IMG/VR virus record: IMGVR_UViG_3300005683_000073
Location: 531-64,530 of that record
DNA from: a virus
Taxonomy: Duplodnaviria; Caudoviricetes
Length of the DNA stretch: 64,000 nucleotides
Strand: one strand, 5' to 3'
Shown here: positions 54,172-61,627 of the stretch, one piece after another
Position numbering within the stretch: position 1 is the stretch's first letter
How the letters are laid out: every line of letters starts with the position of its first letter
The notes under the pieces: model-generated
What the model was told of the DNA's origin: nothing
Databases searched by the model: none
Seen by the model: the letters and a program-made list of their open reading frames with translations, nothing else
Made by a program: the position numbers and the translations under genes

Positions 54172-55235
54172 TACTTCTTCTCCAAGATGTTCGCCGCGTA
54201 GACCAGCTCCTTGTTCTCACGCAGCCAGTTGGCGAAGTCCGGCGTCTGGATCATCGTCGGGCAACGCTTGAGGACGGACTTGAGTCCCGCCACCTGAAAC
54301 TCCTTGCCCATGCGCTTGAGGTAGGTGAACGCAGGCTTCGCCGTGTGAGCCTCGACCCGCTGCGAGACCATCTGCATGGCAGCATAGGTCGCGTCGGGCC
54401 GGTTCTCCGGCAGCTTCGCCCTGTCGGGCGCGGCCACGATGTCCTCCCACTTGGGGAGAGCATCGACCACGTTCATGTGGGTCATGAACTCCGCCGCCGC
54501 ACCCTCACCGATGTAGCCCGCCGCCGCTTCGAGGAACAGGTCCCTCGGCAGACGATCCACGAGGTGACTGATCTTGACCAACGTGCGGGGAGTGCAGAAC
54601 GGACCGGGCTTCTCCGGCACCTTGTCCTTGAACACCACCGACGGGTGCGACTTGGCGAATGATAGCGCCGCATGGTGGATGCCCTGCCGCTCACCCCAAT
54701 CGAGGAAGGCATCGAGGTCGGGCTTGACCTGAATCTGCATCTTCCTGTTGTCGATGAACGCCAGCGATCGGCCCACGCCCGAGCGATCCGACTCCCGGTT
54801 GCTGGCAGCGATCACCATGTAGGTGATGGGAAGATGCGACTCACCCACCCGTCCACTGTGGAACAACTCCGCAGCGGGCTTCGCCACGTCCGGGTTCGCC
54901 TGCCCGAACTCATCCAAGAACACGATGCCGAACTCCGGGTCCTCCTTGCGAGGCATCCACGGAGCCTTCGTGAACTGCATGATTGGAGAGCCGTCCACGT
55001 CCTTCCCCGGCAGGCCGAAGCCCCGCACGTCCGGCGGCTCCACCGTCGTGAGGAAGAACGGCTTGACGCCGCACTGCTTGCCGAGCCGCTTGGCGATCTT
55101 GTCCGCCGCCTGATACACGGCTGCGGACTTGCCCAACCCCGGACCGCTCACCAGCTCGATGGCGAACCGCTCGCCCGTCTGCTGCTGAATGGAGAAGGTC
55201 TCGACCATGAGGTCGATGGCTTGTGTGATATTCAT
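54171..55235 (-). CDS. MoxR/dynein-related AAA+ ATPase
   Basis: Walker A GPGLGKS, DVRGF, Walker B IVFLDE, sensor AASNR, TPRT; RBS AGGAG. Confidence 0.9.
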   Translation of the reverse strand: MNITQAIDLMVETFSIQQQTGERFAIELVSGPGLGKSAAVYQAADKIAKRLGKQCGVKPFFLTTVEPPDVRGFGLPGKDVDGSPIMQFTKAPWMPRKEDPEFGIVFLDEFGQANPDVAKPAAELFHSGRVGESHLPITYMVIAASNRESDRSGVGRSLAFIDNRKMQIQVKPDLDAFLDWGERQGIHHAALSFAKSHPSVVFKDKVPEKPGPFCTPRTLVKISHLVDRLPRDLFLEAAAGYIGEGAAAEFMTHMNVVDALPKWEDIVAAPDRAKLPENRPDATYAAMQMVSQRVEAHTAKPAFTYLKRMGKEFQVAGLKSVLKRCPTMIQTPDFANWLRENKELVYAANILEKK

Positions 55236-55253
55236 GCTGTGATCTCCTAGCCT

Positions 55254-55268
55254 TTAGCAGGCTGCTAA
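55254..55268. promoter_or_regulatory. 15-bp palindromic operator-like site 4
   Basis: TTAGCAGGCTGCTAA; overlaps the -10 element of the promoter at 55267-55295. Confidence 0.75.
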
Positions 55269-55295
55269 TTTAATACAATCGTGTGACTAAATCAA
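55267..55295 (-). promoter_or_regulatory. sigma70-like promoter upstream of the AAA+ gene
   Basis: Minus strand TTGATT - 17 nt - TAAATT in an AT-rich gap. Confidence 0.55.
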
Positions 55296-55305
55296 ATATA
55301 GATGG

Positions 55306-55506
55306 CTAGTCTATTGGACGCCCTTGCCTCCTCCGCCATGCTCTGGTGATAACCCACCATACCGAGAGTACGTTTTGCCCCTCAAGGTTAAGCTGCTTGG
55401 CCATGTCACTGAGGAACTCGGTCTCCCCCGGCTGTGTGTCGGCGGACTCAATAGTCTTGGTCCCGAAGCGCAGCAGGTATGCGCAAAGCCACTCGTCATC
55501 GTCCAC
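55306..55506 (-). CDS. hypothetical protein (66 aa)
   Basis: ORF fills the gap between neighbours; start uncertain. Confidence 0.5.
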   Translation of the reverse strand: MDDDEWLCAYLLRFGTKTIESADTQPGETEFLSDMAKQLNLEGQNVLSVWWVITRAWRRRQGRPID

Positions 55507-55542
55507 GGCGGTTGACCCGATGGGCCGCGTGATGATAGCGAC

Positions 55543-56121
55543 TCATGTCACTTCCTTGTAGGCACGGTAGGGCTTGTGGTTCCCGTCACGAATGCCAGTG
55601 ATGGCATCGTCCTCCCTGAGCAGCACTGTGCTGCCGCGCGCACAGATGGACCTCACCAGCAGGAACACAGGTTGCCAGCCGGTGGAGATGGACACATACC
55701 CGTACTCGCAGTAGCGGACGTTGACCCCACGCTCGATCTTGATGCGGACGTTCTGCCCTTTCTCCCAGAACCGGATGAACTTCTCCGGGAGGTCGAGCGT
55801 GCTGAACCTCGGGTCCTTCTCCACCTTCCTCCGGACGTAGCTCCGGAACTTGGATGCGATGGGCGGTGCCCAGACGTAGCTGTCGCAGAACGCCGCCATC
55901 GCGTCCGGCTCGAAGCCCTGAACTTCCCGCTGCACGAAGTTCAGGTTCTGCGGCGCGTGCGCGAGCGAGGGGTTGAGTCCCTTCAGGCAGCGTGGAGCGA
56001 ACCCGGTGATGCGGGCTTCCACACTACCCGAGAGGTCTGTCCCTCGATCACCCATTGGCAGGATGTCCAGCCCACGATCCTCGTAGTGGGCACAGTTGAG
56101 GCAAAGCCTAGTCTTGCTCAT
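55543..56121 (-). CDS. hypothetical protein (192 aa)
   Basis: CLNCAHY N-terminus; GYVSISTGWQPVFLL. Confidence 0.7.
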   Translation of the reverse strand: MSKTRLCLNCAHYEDRGLDILPMGDRGTDLSGSVEARITGFAPRCLKGLNPSLAHAPQNLNFVQREVQGFEPDAMAAFCDSYVWAPPIASKFRSYVRRKVEKDPRFSTLDLPEKFIRFWEKGQNVRIKIERGVNVRYCEYGYVSISTGWQPVFLLVRSICARGSTVLLREDDAITGIRDGNHKPYRAYKEVT

Positions 56122-56299
56122 CGTCGTTCTCCATTGGTGTTGCCGTCCCGCCGATGATTACGTACTTCTTGCCGCATCCCTCGGTCTGGCAGGTGTAGAT
56201 CAAGGGAACGCCCCAGTGCGCGTAGACATATGCGGGGTACTTCTCGAAGTTCCCACATGCCTCGCACGTCAGGCCATCAGGCAGTTTTCTCCTCGCCAT
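56108..56299 (-). CDS. small zinc-finger protein (63 aa)
   Basis: CEAC and C....C motifs; GGAGG upstream. Confidence 0.65.
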   Translation of the reverse strand: MARRKLPDGLTCEACGNFEKYPAYVYAHWGVPLIYTCQTEGCGKKYVIIGGTATPMENDDEQD

Positions 56300-56555
56300 T
56301 GGGTGCCTCCATCAGCACGACTTCATAGTCGACTGCCCTTGCCTCGCGCGAACGATGCTCGTCCCACCACATGTCAGCGGCGAGGACGGACTCGAACGGC
56401 CCGATGCACTCGAAGCCCTTGTCCAAGGGGCAGATCAGGACGAACTGGTAGTTCACCTCCTTCGGTTCCCCGAACGGTTTCATCATTGAGCCGCATCCCG
56501 AACACATCTCAGGGACTTGGGCCTCGGTGCCGCAGGCAGCGCAGATCCACATCAC
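56277..56555 (-). CDS. zinc-ribbon protein (92 aa)
   Basis: CAAC and CSGC; GTGA coupling. Confidence 0.65.
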   Translation of the reverse strand: MMWICAACGTEAQVPEMCSGCGSMMKPFGEPKEVNYQFVLICPLDKGFECIGPFESVLAADMWWDEHRSREARAVDYEVVLMEAPNGEEKTA

Positions 56556-56896
56556 CGCGCTTCCCAGTTGTGGTTGCGGATCGCCTCGAACAGCGGTGCC
56601 ACGTCACGGAAGGCTTCTTTCGTGTACGCTTCCTCAAGGTCCTGCAACGTCCTCGGGATGCTGCCACACGTACCTTCTATCGGCCCGTAGCACGAACAGT
56701 GCCCGAGATCCATGTCACACCAGCGCATGCCGTCGGTGCTGCACAGCAGGTGGCCTGCGCCTTCGTAGCTGCCTGCCCCATACCAGTACACAACGAACAT
56801 CACTGCCCCGAGCTTGCGCAGGTCGCCTGCATCGAGCGGCTCCGAGTCGTAGCGACCCTGATACTCCACAGGCATCTCGGTTTGAATTACAAACAT
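56552..56896 (-). CDS. hypothetical protein (114 aa)
   Basis: RBS AGGAG; YWYGAGSYEGAG, LGHCSCYGP. Confidence 0.75.
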   Translation of the reverse strand: MFVIQTEMPVEYQGRYDSEPLDAGDLRKLGAVMFVVYWYGAGSYEGAGHLLCSTDGMRWCDMDLGHCSCYGPIEGTCGSIPRTLQDLEEAYTKEAFRDVAPLFEAIRNHNWEAR

Positions 56897-56912
56897 GATG
56901 AATCTCCTCGGC

Positions 56913-56927
56913 TTAACAGCCTGTTAA
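56913..56927. promoter_or_regulatory. 15-bp palindromic operator-like site 5
   Basis: TTAACAGCCTGTTAA, 16 nt upstream of the start at 56896. Confidence 0.75.
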
Positions 56928-56958
56928 TGAACTGATCATGTCCATCAGGTCGCTGGCG

Positions 56959-57168
56959 TCAGTCATAGCGGCGTCTCTCCTCTTGGTTGGTGAACACCAC
57001 GCACTCGCCAGTGATGGGCGAGAACTCGGTGCAGGTGAAGGACTCCAGAGCGCCCGTACTGCGCGGCGGTTGTGCCGTCAGGCCGAACGTGATAGCGGCC
57101 CCGAGCGCGAGGCCCACAACCAGTGCCAGCAGCACGATGTCGAAACCGAACAATACCCTGTGTTTCAT
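56959..57168 (-). CDS. small membrane protein (69 aa)
   Basis: N-terminal TM IVLLALVVGLALGAAITFGL. Confidence 0.65.
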   Translation of the reverse strand: MKHRVLFGFDIVLLALVVGLALGAAITFGLTAQPPRSTGALESFTCTEFSPITGECVVFTNQEERRRYD

Positions 57169-57175
57169 GGTTGCC

Positions 57176-57373
57176 TTACTCCTTGCTGTCGGGGATGCCG
57201 ATGTGATTGATGACGGCCATGACTTCGGGCGGCACGGTCTTGGTCAGCTCTTCACTGCAACAGCCGCAGCCGCCAGTGACAACCTCCATGCCACCGGAGT
57301 GGAGATAGGCCAGCGCCTCGTTGTGGATGAGGTATGCCAGCGCCGCCATGAGCTGTTCGTTGGTGAATGTCAT
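57176..57373 (-). CDS. hypothetical protein (65 aa)
   Basis: ATG after AAGGAG; GGCGCCSE. Confidence 0.65.
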   Translation of the reverse strand: MTFTNEQLMAALAYLIHNEALAYLHSGGMEVVTGGCGCCSEELTKTVPPEVMAVINHIGIPDSKE

Positions 57374-57378
57374 TTCGA

Positions 57379-57576
57379 TTACTCCTTGGTGTGGGGAATT
57401 GTGAACCTGCCGTGCCGATCGACCCATCGGCTCGCCTCGCGGGAGTCCCAGTCGGGCTTGCGGTCTCTCGGGTGCTTGGCGTCGCGGGCAATGCGCGTTG
57501 CGTGCCGCAGGGCCGAAGGCTTCGCGAGGTGTCCAAGTGGTGTGGTCAGGTGCTTGCGTGTCATCGTCGTCTCCAT
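57379..57576 (-). CDS. small basic hypothetical protein (65 aa)
   Basis: First ORF downstream of the origin-like region; start uncertain. Confidence 0.5.
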   Translation of the reverse strand: METTMTRKHLTTPLGHLAKPSALRHATRIARDAKHPRDRKPDWDSREASRWVDRHGRFTIPHTKE

Positions 57577-57634
57577 TGCCCCGGACGGTTGTGCTATGGG
57601 GCCTTGGGGCTTTCGTGCCCATAGCGTGGGTGTA

Positions 57635-57649
57635 TTAGCAGCCTGCTAA
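57635..57649. promoter_or_regulatory. 15-bp palindromic operator-like site 6
   Basis: TTAGCAGCCTGCTAA at the edge of the origin-like region. Confidence 0.75.
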
Positions 57650-57652
57650 GGG

Positions 57653-57954
57653 AAACCGTCTGGACGGTTTCAGAAAGGCGGACGCTAATTTGGACGGTTT
57701 AATTCTAATGGAATCATGGGGTTAAGTCTAACCGTCTAACTGTCCGCGTATTTTCAACTACTGAGCCTATAAATATTCAGTCCCCCATGCTCCCTCCGGC
57801 CTCTCAAAAAATTTCCCGTGCGTACCTCCTGTTTAAAATAGTTAGACTGTTAGACAGTTAGTAGTAAGTATATGAATCTATTAGGATTAAACCGTCCAAA
57901 GAACCGTCCTGCCTAGCATGCCACAATCGGACGGTTCCAAACTCGTAGACGGTT
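57653..57954. repeat. iteron-like AAC[CT]GTC[CT] repeats and 29-bp inverted repeat (putative replication origin)
   Basis: About 11 copies in both orientations; 57689-57717 and 57872-57900 are inverted repeats with 26/29 matches; AT-rich, no credible ORF. Confidence 0.75.
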
Positions 57955-58066
57955 ACTCCGTGCTGTCCGTGCCGAGATGATAGTGGCCCCCGGCCCGAGG
58001 GCACGTTCCCAACACGGACCGCCAAACCTTCGGCCCTGCGGCTCCCCAGTGCCGTGGGGCCGAGGC

Positions 58067-58082
58067 TTAACAGTCCTGTTAA
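58067..58082. promoter_or_regulatory. palindromic operator-like site 7 (16-bp variant)
   Basis: TTAACAGTCCTGTTAA (2-nt centre). Confidence 0.6.
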
Positions 58083-58113
58083 CCCGACGTGTGCCAAACG
58101 AGGGGTACACGGG

Positions 58114-58148
58114 CAAAAGAAAGGCCGGACCGGGGCGAACCCCGGTCC
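58114..58148 (-). terminator. intrinsic terminator
   Basis: GGACCGGGG-TTCG-CCCCGGTCC on the minus strand, followed by CTTTCTTTT. Confidence 0.8.
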
Positions 58149-58169
58149 AGCAATCGAGGGGCAAAGTAG

Positions 58170-58328
58170 TCAGATCTCCTGCCGAACGACGGCGAAGATC
58201 GGGGCCGGAGTCATCCAAGAGTTCAGCTGCTCCTGAATGCGCTGCGCTTCGAGCGCAGCAGCCTCGGTCTCATACGTGGCGATCACGATGACGTGACCAC
58301 CATTGTGAAGCCGACGAAGTTCGAACAT
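58170..58328 (-). CDS. hypothetical protein (52 aa)
   Basis: MFELRRLHNGGHVIVIATYETEAAALEA..., ends just before the terminator. Confidence 0.6.
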   Translation of the reverse strand: MFELRRLHNGGHVIVIATYETEAAALEAQRIQEQLNSWMTPAPIFAVVRQEI

Positions 58329-58348
58329 GGTGCTTACTCCAGTCACGA

Positions 58349-58882
58349 CTACAGCTCGATGCCGCACGTCGCGGCGGCTTCGACGATCGCACCCTTCTGC
58401 TTGGGAGTGAAGAATTTGCCGTCGTCCATGTTCAGCAGGCTCTTGAAGTGCGACGTCGCCGACTTCTTGTAGTCGGGTGCCGACTTGCGTTTGAACTCCC
58501 GCAGCGACTTGGCAACGTCGCCGTCGTTCTTCTGGAGGCGCGTGCTGAACTTGCACAGCGTGCCCCACGAACCTGCAACCTTACCAGCGTCCTCACCCTT
58601 CATGCGGAGGATCTTCGGCATGCAGCGTGCGACCTTCACCGCATTGGTGACAAGCGGCCCGACGCTATCGGGCTTCACGGTCTTGCGGCTCTCGTATTCT
58701 GCGGTGAACGCATCCACGAGCATTGCCTTTGCCGTGTCGTCGAGCAACTCGTCCGGTGCGCCCTTGTACTGCTGAGCCAACAGGCCGCGCATCGTGAGGA
58801 TCTGCCCGCCGTGGTCCGTAGCGTTCGCGACGATCTTGGCAATCGCCCCTGCAACGCTCTTCGTCAGTGTGAACTTCGCCAT
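58349..58882 (-). CDS. hypothetical early protein (177 aa)
   Basis: RBS GGAG; first gene of the leftward arm; basic and helical. Confidence 0.75.
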   Translation of the reverse strand: MAKFTLTKSVAGAIAKIVANATDHGGQILTMRGLLAQQYKGAPDELLDDTAKAMLVDAFTAEYESRKTVKPDSVGPLVTNAVKVARCMPKILRMKGEDAGKVAGSWGTLCKFSTRLQKNDGDVAKSLREFKRKSAPDYKKSATSHFKSLLNMDDGKFFTPKQKGAIVEAAATCGIEL

Positions 58883-58908
58883 TGCAATCTCCGTGCAGCA
58901 CTGGTGAG

Positions 58909-58923
58909 TTAACAGGCTGTTAA
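58909..58923. promoter_or_regulatory. 15-bp palindromic operator-like site 8
   Basis: TTAACAGGCTGTTAA. Confidence 0.75.
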
Positions 58924-58933
58924 GTGCTGCGGC

Positions 58934-58948
58934 TTAACAGCCTGCTAA
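58934..58948. promoter_or_regulatory. 15-bp operator-like site 9 (hybrid)
   Basis: TTAACAGCCTGCTAA, 10 nt from site 8. Confidence 0.7.
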
Positions 58949-59110
58949 GGCTTTCCCCCTTGTGGGGTAGCCTCACTAAGCCGGTGCAGGGTGCAGGGGG
59001 GGTCGCTTCCAAGCTCGCAGCACGAAGGGCCGACGGGCCACCGGGGTACCGGGACACGGGGCGGGGGGGTGGGGCCGTGTTTAGGTACTTCGGCCCCACA
59101 TCCCACCCGT

Positions 59111-59139
59111 TTGAAAAGCACACATAGATGGTGTATGAT
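59111..59139 (+). promoter_or_regulatory. sigma70-like promoter, probably leaderless
   Basis: TTGAAA - 17 nt - TATGAT, ATG 7 nt downstream (59147), no SD. Confidence 0.65.
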
Positions 59140-59146
59140 TCTCTAC

Positions 59147-59467
59147 ATGGACGCTCCTCCCATCGCTACGTTCCGTTGGCCCGACAGACCTATCGTGCGA
59201 ACTCACAAGAGGTTCGAGGCCCCCCACGCCCCCGGTGTGTACGTTCTCCAGTTCGAAGATGGGTTGTACATCGGCTCATCGAAAGATCTTCGCAAGCGCC
59301 TTCATTGCTGGCAGACCAGACTCGGCATGCTCCCGAAGTTCAGGCTCATCGTCACCGACGACTACAGGTATCAGGAACAGCGGCTGATCGAACGGTGTCA
59401 GCGCCGGGGAATTCCACTGGCGAATAAAAACCGGGCAGTCCAGAAAAAATTATTCCGCCGTGATTGA
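59147..59467 (+). CDS. GIY-YIG family endonuclease-like protein
   Basis: PGVYVL...LYIGSSKDLRKRL...EQRLI...N. Confidence 0.75.
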   Translation: MDAPPIATFRWPDRPIVRTHKRFEAPHAPGVYVLQFEDGLYIGSSKDLRKRLHCWQTRLGMLPKFRLIVTDDYRYQEQRLIERCQRRGIPLANKNRAVQKKLFRRD

Positions 59468-59492
59468 CACCCACAGCATGGGACCCCATAAT
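59464..59492 (+). promoter_or_regulatory. sigma70-like promoter, probably leaderless
   Basis: TTGACA - 17 nt - CATAAT, ATG 6 nt downstream (59499), no SD. Confidence 0.7.
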
Positions 59493-59498
59493 CCCCCC

Positions 59499-59879
59499 AT
59501 GAGTACGCGAACCGACCACCTGATGAAGGCCCTTCGGACCCTGCCCTACGGCGACATGATCAAGGTTGCGCAGGCCCTGTCCGAAGAACTCAAGGGCATC
59601 CACTCCGCTCACCACCTTGCCGATGCGCTGGTGAATGTGCAGGCGAAGTTCGTCGATGGTGACAAGCTCGACGCGCAGGAGGATGAGGCCCTGCGAGAGA
59701 TGGTCGGTACGCGCTCGCGCGGCTTCGACGTGAAGGTCCGCCGAGTCGGCGCGCAGGGCGGGCACTGGACTGCGCACTGTGACCAGTTCAAGGCCCCGCA
59801 CGCCGTTGGCAAGACGGCCCGTGAAGCAATCACGTTGTACCTCGATCAGGCCGTCACCGCCCACATCATGCTGAAGTGA
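59499..59879 (+). CDS. hypothetical protein (126 aa)
   Basis: Start placed at the leaderless ATG; C-terminal WTAHC..F..GKTAREAI resembles a HicB-like/RNase H-like strand-helix. Confidence 0.65.
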   Translation: MSTRTDHLMKALRTLPYGDMIKVAQALSEELKGIHSAHHLADALVNVQAKFVDGDKLDAQEDEALREMVGTRSRGFDVKVRRVGAQGGHWTAHCDQFKAPHAVGKTAREAITLYLDQAVTAHIMLK

Positions 59880-60121
59880 TGGACTACGACTCCCTCGCCA
59901 CCGCATTCGCGCTGCTCCACGGCAACCCGCCGAGGTCGTTGCGGTATAGGGGGCGTTTGTTCTCCGCCACCGATGCGAAGGCGAAGCAGTACCGGGCAGC
60001 AGTCGAGGAGTTCATTCGTGAGCGGCACCCGCACGCGACGCGCACGCGCGAGCTGCTGAATCGCCGACGGAACGATGTTCTCCGTGCAATGTACAAGCAG
60101 ATGGGAGTCGAGCCGAAGTGA
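59876..60121 (+). CDS. hypothetical protein (81 aa)
   Basis: GTGA-coupled ORF. Confidence 0.6.
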   Translation: MMDYDSLATAFALLHGNPPRSLRYRGRLFSATDAKAKQYRAAVEEFIRERHPHATRTRELLNRRRNDVLRAMYKQMGVEPK

Positions 60122-60276
60122 AAAACCTCATCACGCCGATCAAGGATGCCGCCGAGCGCGTGGTCGATTTCATCGTCGAACACGAGTGCGAGGCGTGCAA
60201 GAAGCGTCGCGCCAAGGTGAAGGCGTTTTTCAACCGTGCGAAGCGCGACCTGATGCGCAGGCCGAGGCGCAAGTGA
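60118..60276 (+). CDS. small basic protein (52 aa)
   Basis: GTGA coupling at both ends; CEAC motif. Confidence 0.6.
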   Translation: MKNLITPIKDAAERVVDFIVEHECEACKKRRAKVKAFFNRAKRDLMRRPRRK

Positions 60277-60557
60277 TCAAGCACTATATGCCTAATCATC
60301 ACTCACGCCCGTTCGCCGTCACCGAGGACGAGCTGCGGAAGGTCGAGAAGTTCTGCGCGGACAACGGCCTCGACGAGATTGGCCGGGTGTGTGCGGAGTT
60401 GCGGGTCCTGCGGGCCGAGTTTCTCCAGCTCTCGATCCGCATCGGCAAGCAGCGGGCCATGATCGAGACCCTTGAGCATGATCCGCAGAGGCGGTTCGCC
60501 AAGGAGCTGGATGTCATCGTCAACTACGGAGGGCACGATGCCCCGTCAATCCCTTGA
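60273..60557 (+). CDS. coiled-coil hypothetical protein (94 aa)
   Basis: GTGA-coupled; start may be ATG 60288. Confidence 0.6.
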   Translation: MIKHYMPNHHSRPFAVTEDELRKVEKFCADNGLDEIGRVCAELRVLRAEFLQLSIRIGKQRAMIETLEHDPQRRFAKELDVIVNYGGHDAPSIP

Positions 60558-60720
60558 TGGACGCCGCACGCACCTGATCCTCACGAGGTATCAGGACCGC
60601 GACCTGCGCGTCCTCGCCAAGCAGACCGGCATGAACGTGTCGGAACACATCCGTCGTGCGGTAGACTACTACCTCGCCTCTCTGGCGGACCGTCTCTCAA
60701 CGAAGGGGAAGCCCCAGTGA
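60538..60720 (+). CDS. ribbon-helix-helix (CopG/Arc-like) DNA-binding protein (60 aa)
   Basis: RBS GGAGG; RRTHLIL strand, LRVLAKQTG, NVSEHIRRAVDYYL. Confidence 0.75.
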   Translation: MPRQSLDGRRTHLILTRYQDRDLRVLAKQTGMNVSEHIRRAVDYYLASLADRLSTKGKPQ

Positions 60721-61049
60721 CCCTGATGGCCCCCGTGTTTGAGATCCGCCAGCAGAACATGGACTCTCGCTGGCGGAAACTCCTCACGCACATCGAGATC
60801 CGGCGGGTGCAGAATGGCTTCGTGGTGATGGGGTTCAACGTCGCGCCGCGCGAAGGCGAGATGTACGCTGGCGGCGCGGTACACCTGCGGAGGGCGTGCT
60901 ATGTCTGTGAGTCGGTCGAGTCCCTGCTGGCGACGATCGAGTCGCTGGCGACCGACTCCGGTGACTACGCTTGGGAGGCGAGCATTGACATGCCCATAAC
61001 TGACCTGTACATGGAACGGAAGGTGCGAGATGAAGAAACTAAAGGTTGA
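60717..61049 (+). CDS. hypothetical protein (110 aa)
   Basis: IEIRRVQNGFVV motif; GTGA coupling. Confidence 0.7.
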   Translation: MTLMAPVFEIRQQNMDSRWRKLLTHIEIRRVQNGFVVMGFNVAPREGEMYAGGAVHLRRACYVCESVESLLATIESLATDSGDYAWEASIDMPITDLYMERKVRDEETKG

Positions 61050-61599
61050 TTGGTTCCGCGTAGCGGTGATCCTCGCGCTTGGCGCGGCGGTCGTCTGGGT
61101 GTCGATCACCCTCGGTCGATCGAGCATCGGCTGGATGATTCCGTCGGCCAACGCGCAGACGGTGCCGCCTGCCGAGGTGCGCTTCCCGAAGCCCATCACG
61201 CTGCAGAACCGTAAAACCTACAGCATGGCGATCGACCAGACGCATCAGGTGTGCTGGTCCGATCCCAACTCGCCGCAGGCCAGCAAAATCAAGATCTGGC
61301 GTTACAGGGTTGAAGGCGGCGCGCGGACGCTGTACCTTGATCTGCCGAGATCGGGGTGGGTAGCCGACACGGTCCCCAACAGCTTCTGCAAGCAGGGCAT
61401 CTCAGTTCCGAAGGCAGGACACTGGATCTATGACGCAGCTCTTTGCTGGACGAATAGCGGTGTTGATACCTGCTCTGACGTGGTCACTGCTTCTTGTGCA
61501 GCCGGTGTTACTGGTTGTTCTGGTGCTGTGGGCAGCAGCTCTCGCGGTTGGTGGATCTACGTTTTTCTTCCTGCCCCTTCTGGTCCTGTCGTTAACTGA
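61030..61599 (+). CDS. exported/membrane-anchored beta-rich protein (189 aa)
   Basis: K-rich N-terminus, TM helix, ANA|QT signal-peptidase-like site, six Cys, C-terminal LPAPSGP. Confidence 0.75.
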   Translation: MKKLKVDWFRVAVILALGAAVVWVSITLGRSSIGWMIPSANAQTVPPAEVRFPKPITLQNRKTYSMAIDQTHQVCWSDPNSPQASKIKIWRYRVEGGARTLYLDLPRSGWVADTVPNSFCKQGISVPKAGHWIYDAALCWTNSGVDTCSDVVTASCAAGVTGCSGAVGSSSRGWWIYVFLPAPSGPVVN

Positions 61600-61627
61600 T
61601 CTGTTCATCCTCTGGAGGATTTTCGCA

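Noticed and set aside
56924-56966. Possible tiny ORF (MTDASDLMDMISSLTGC) running into operator site 5
   Set aside because: 17 codons with no independent support; cannot be distinguished from chance.
48883-58948. 15-bp palindromes as a dispersed CRISPR array or REP elements
   Set aside because: Spacing is irregular (10 bp to several kb), the units are too short and some are intragenic; an operator-like role fits better.
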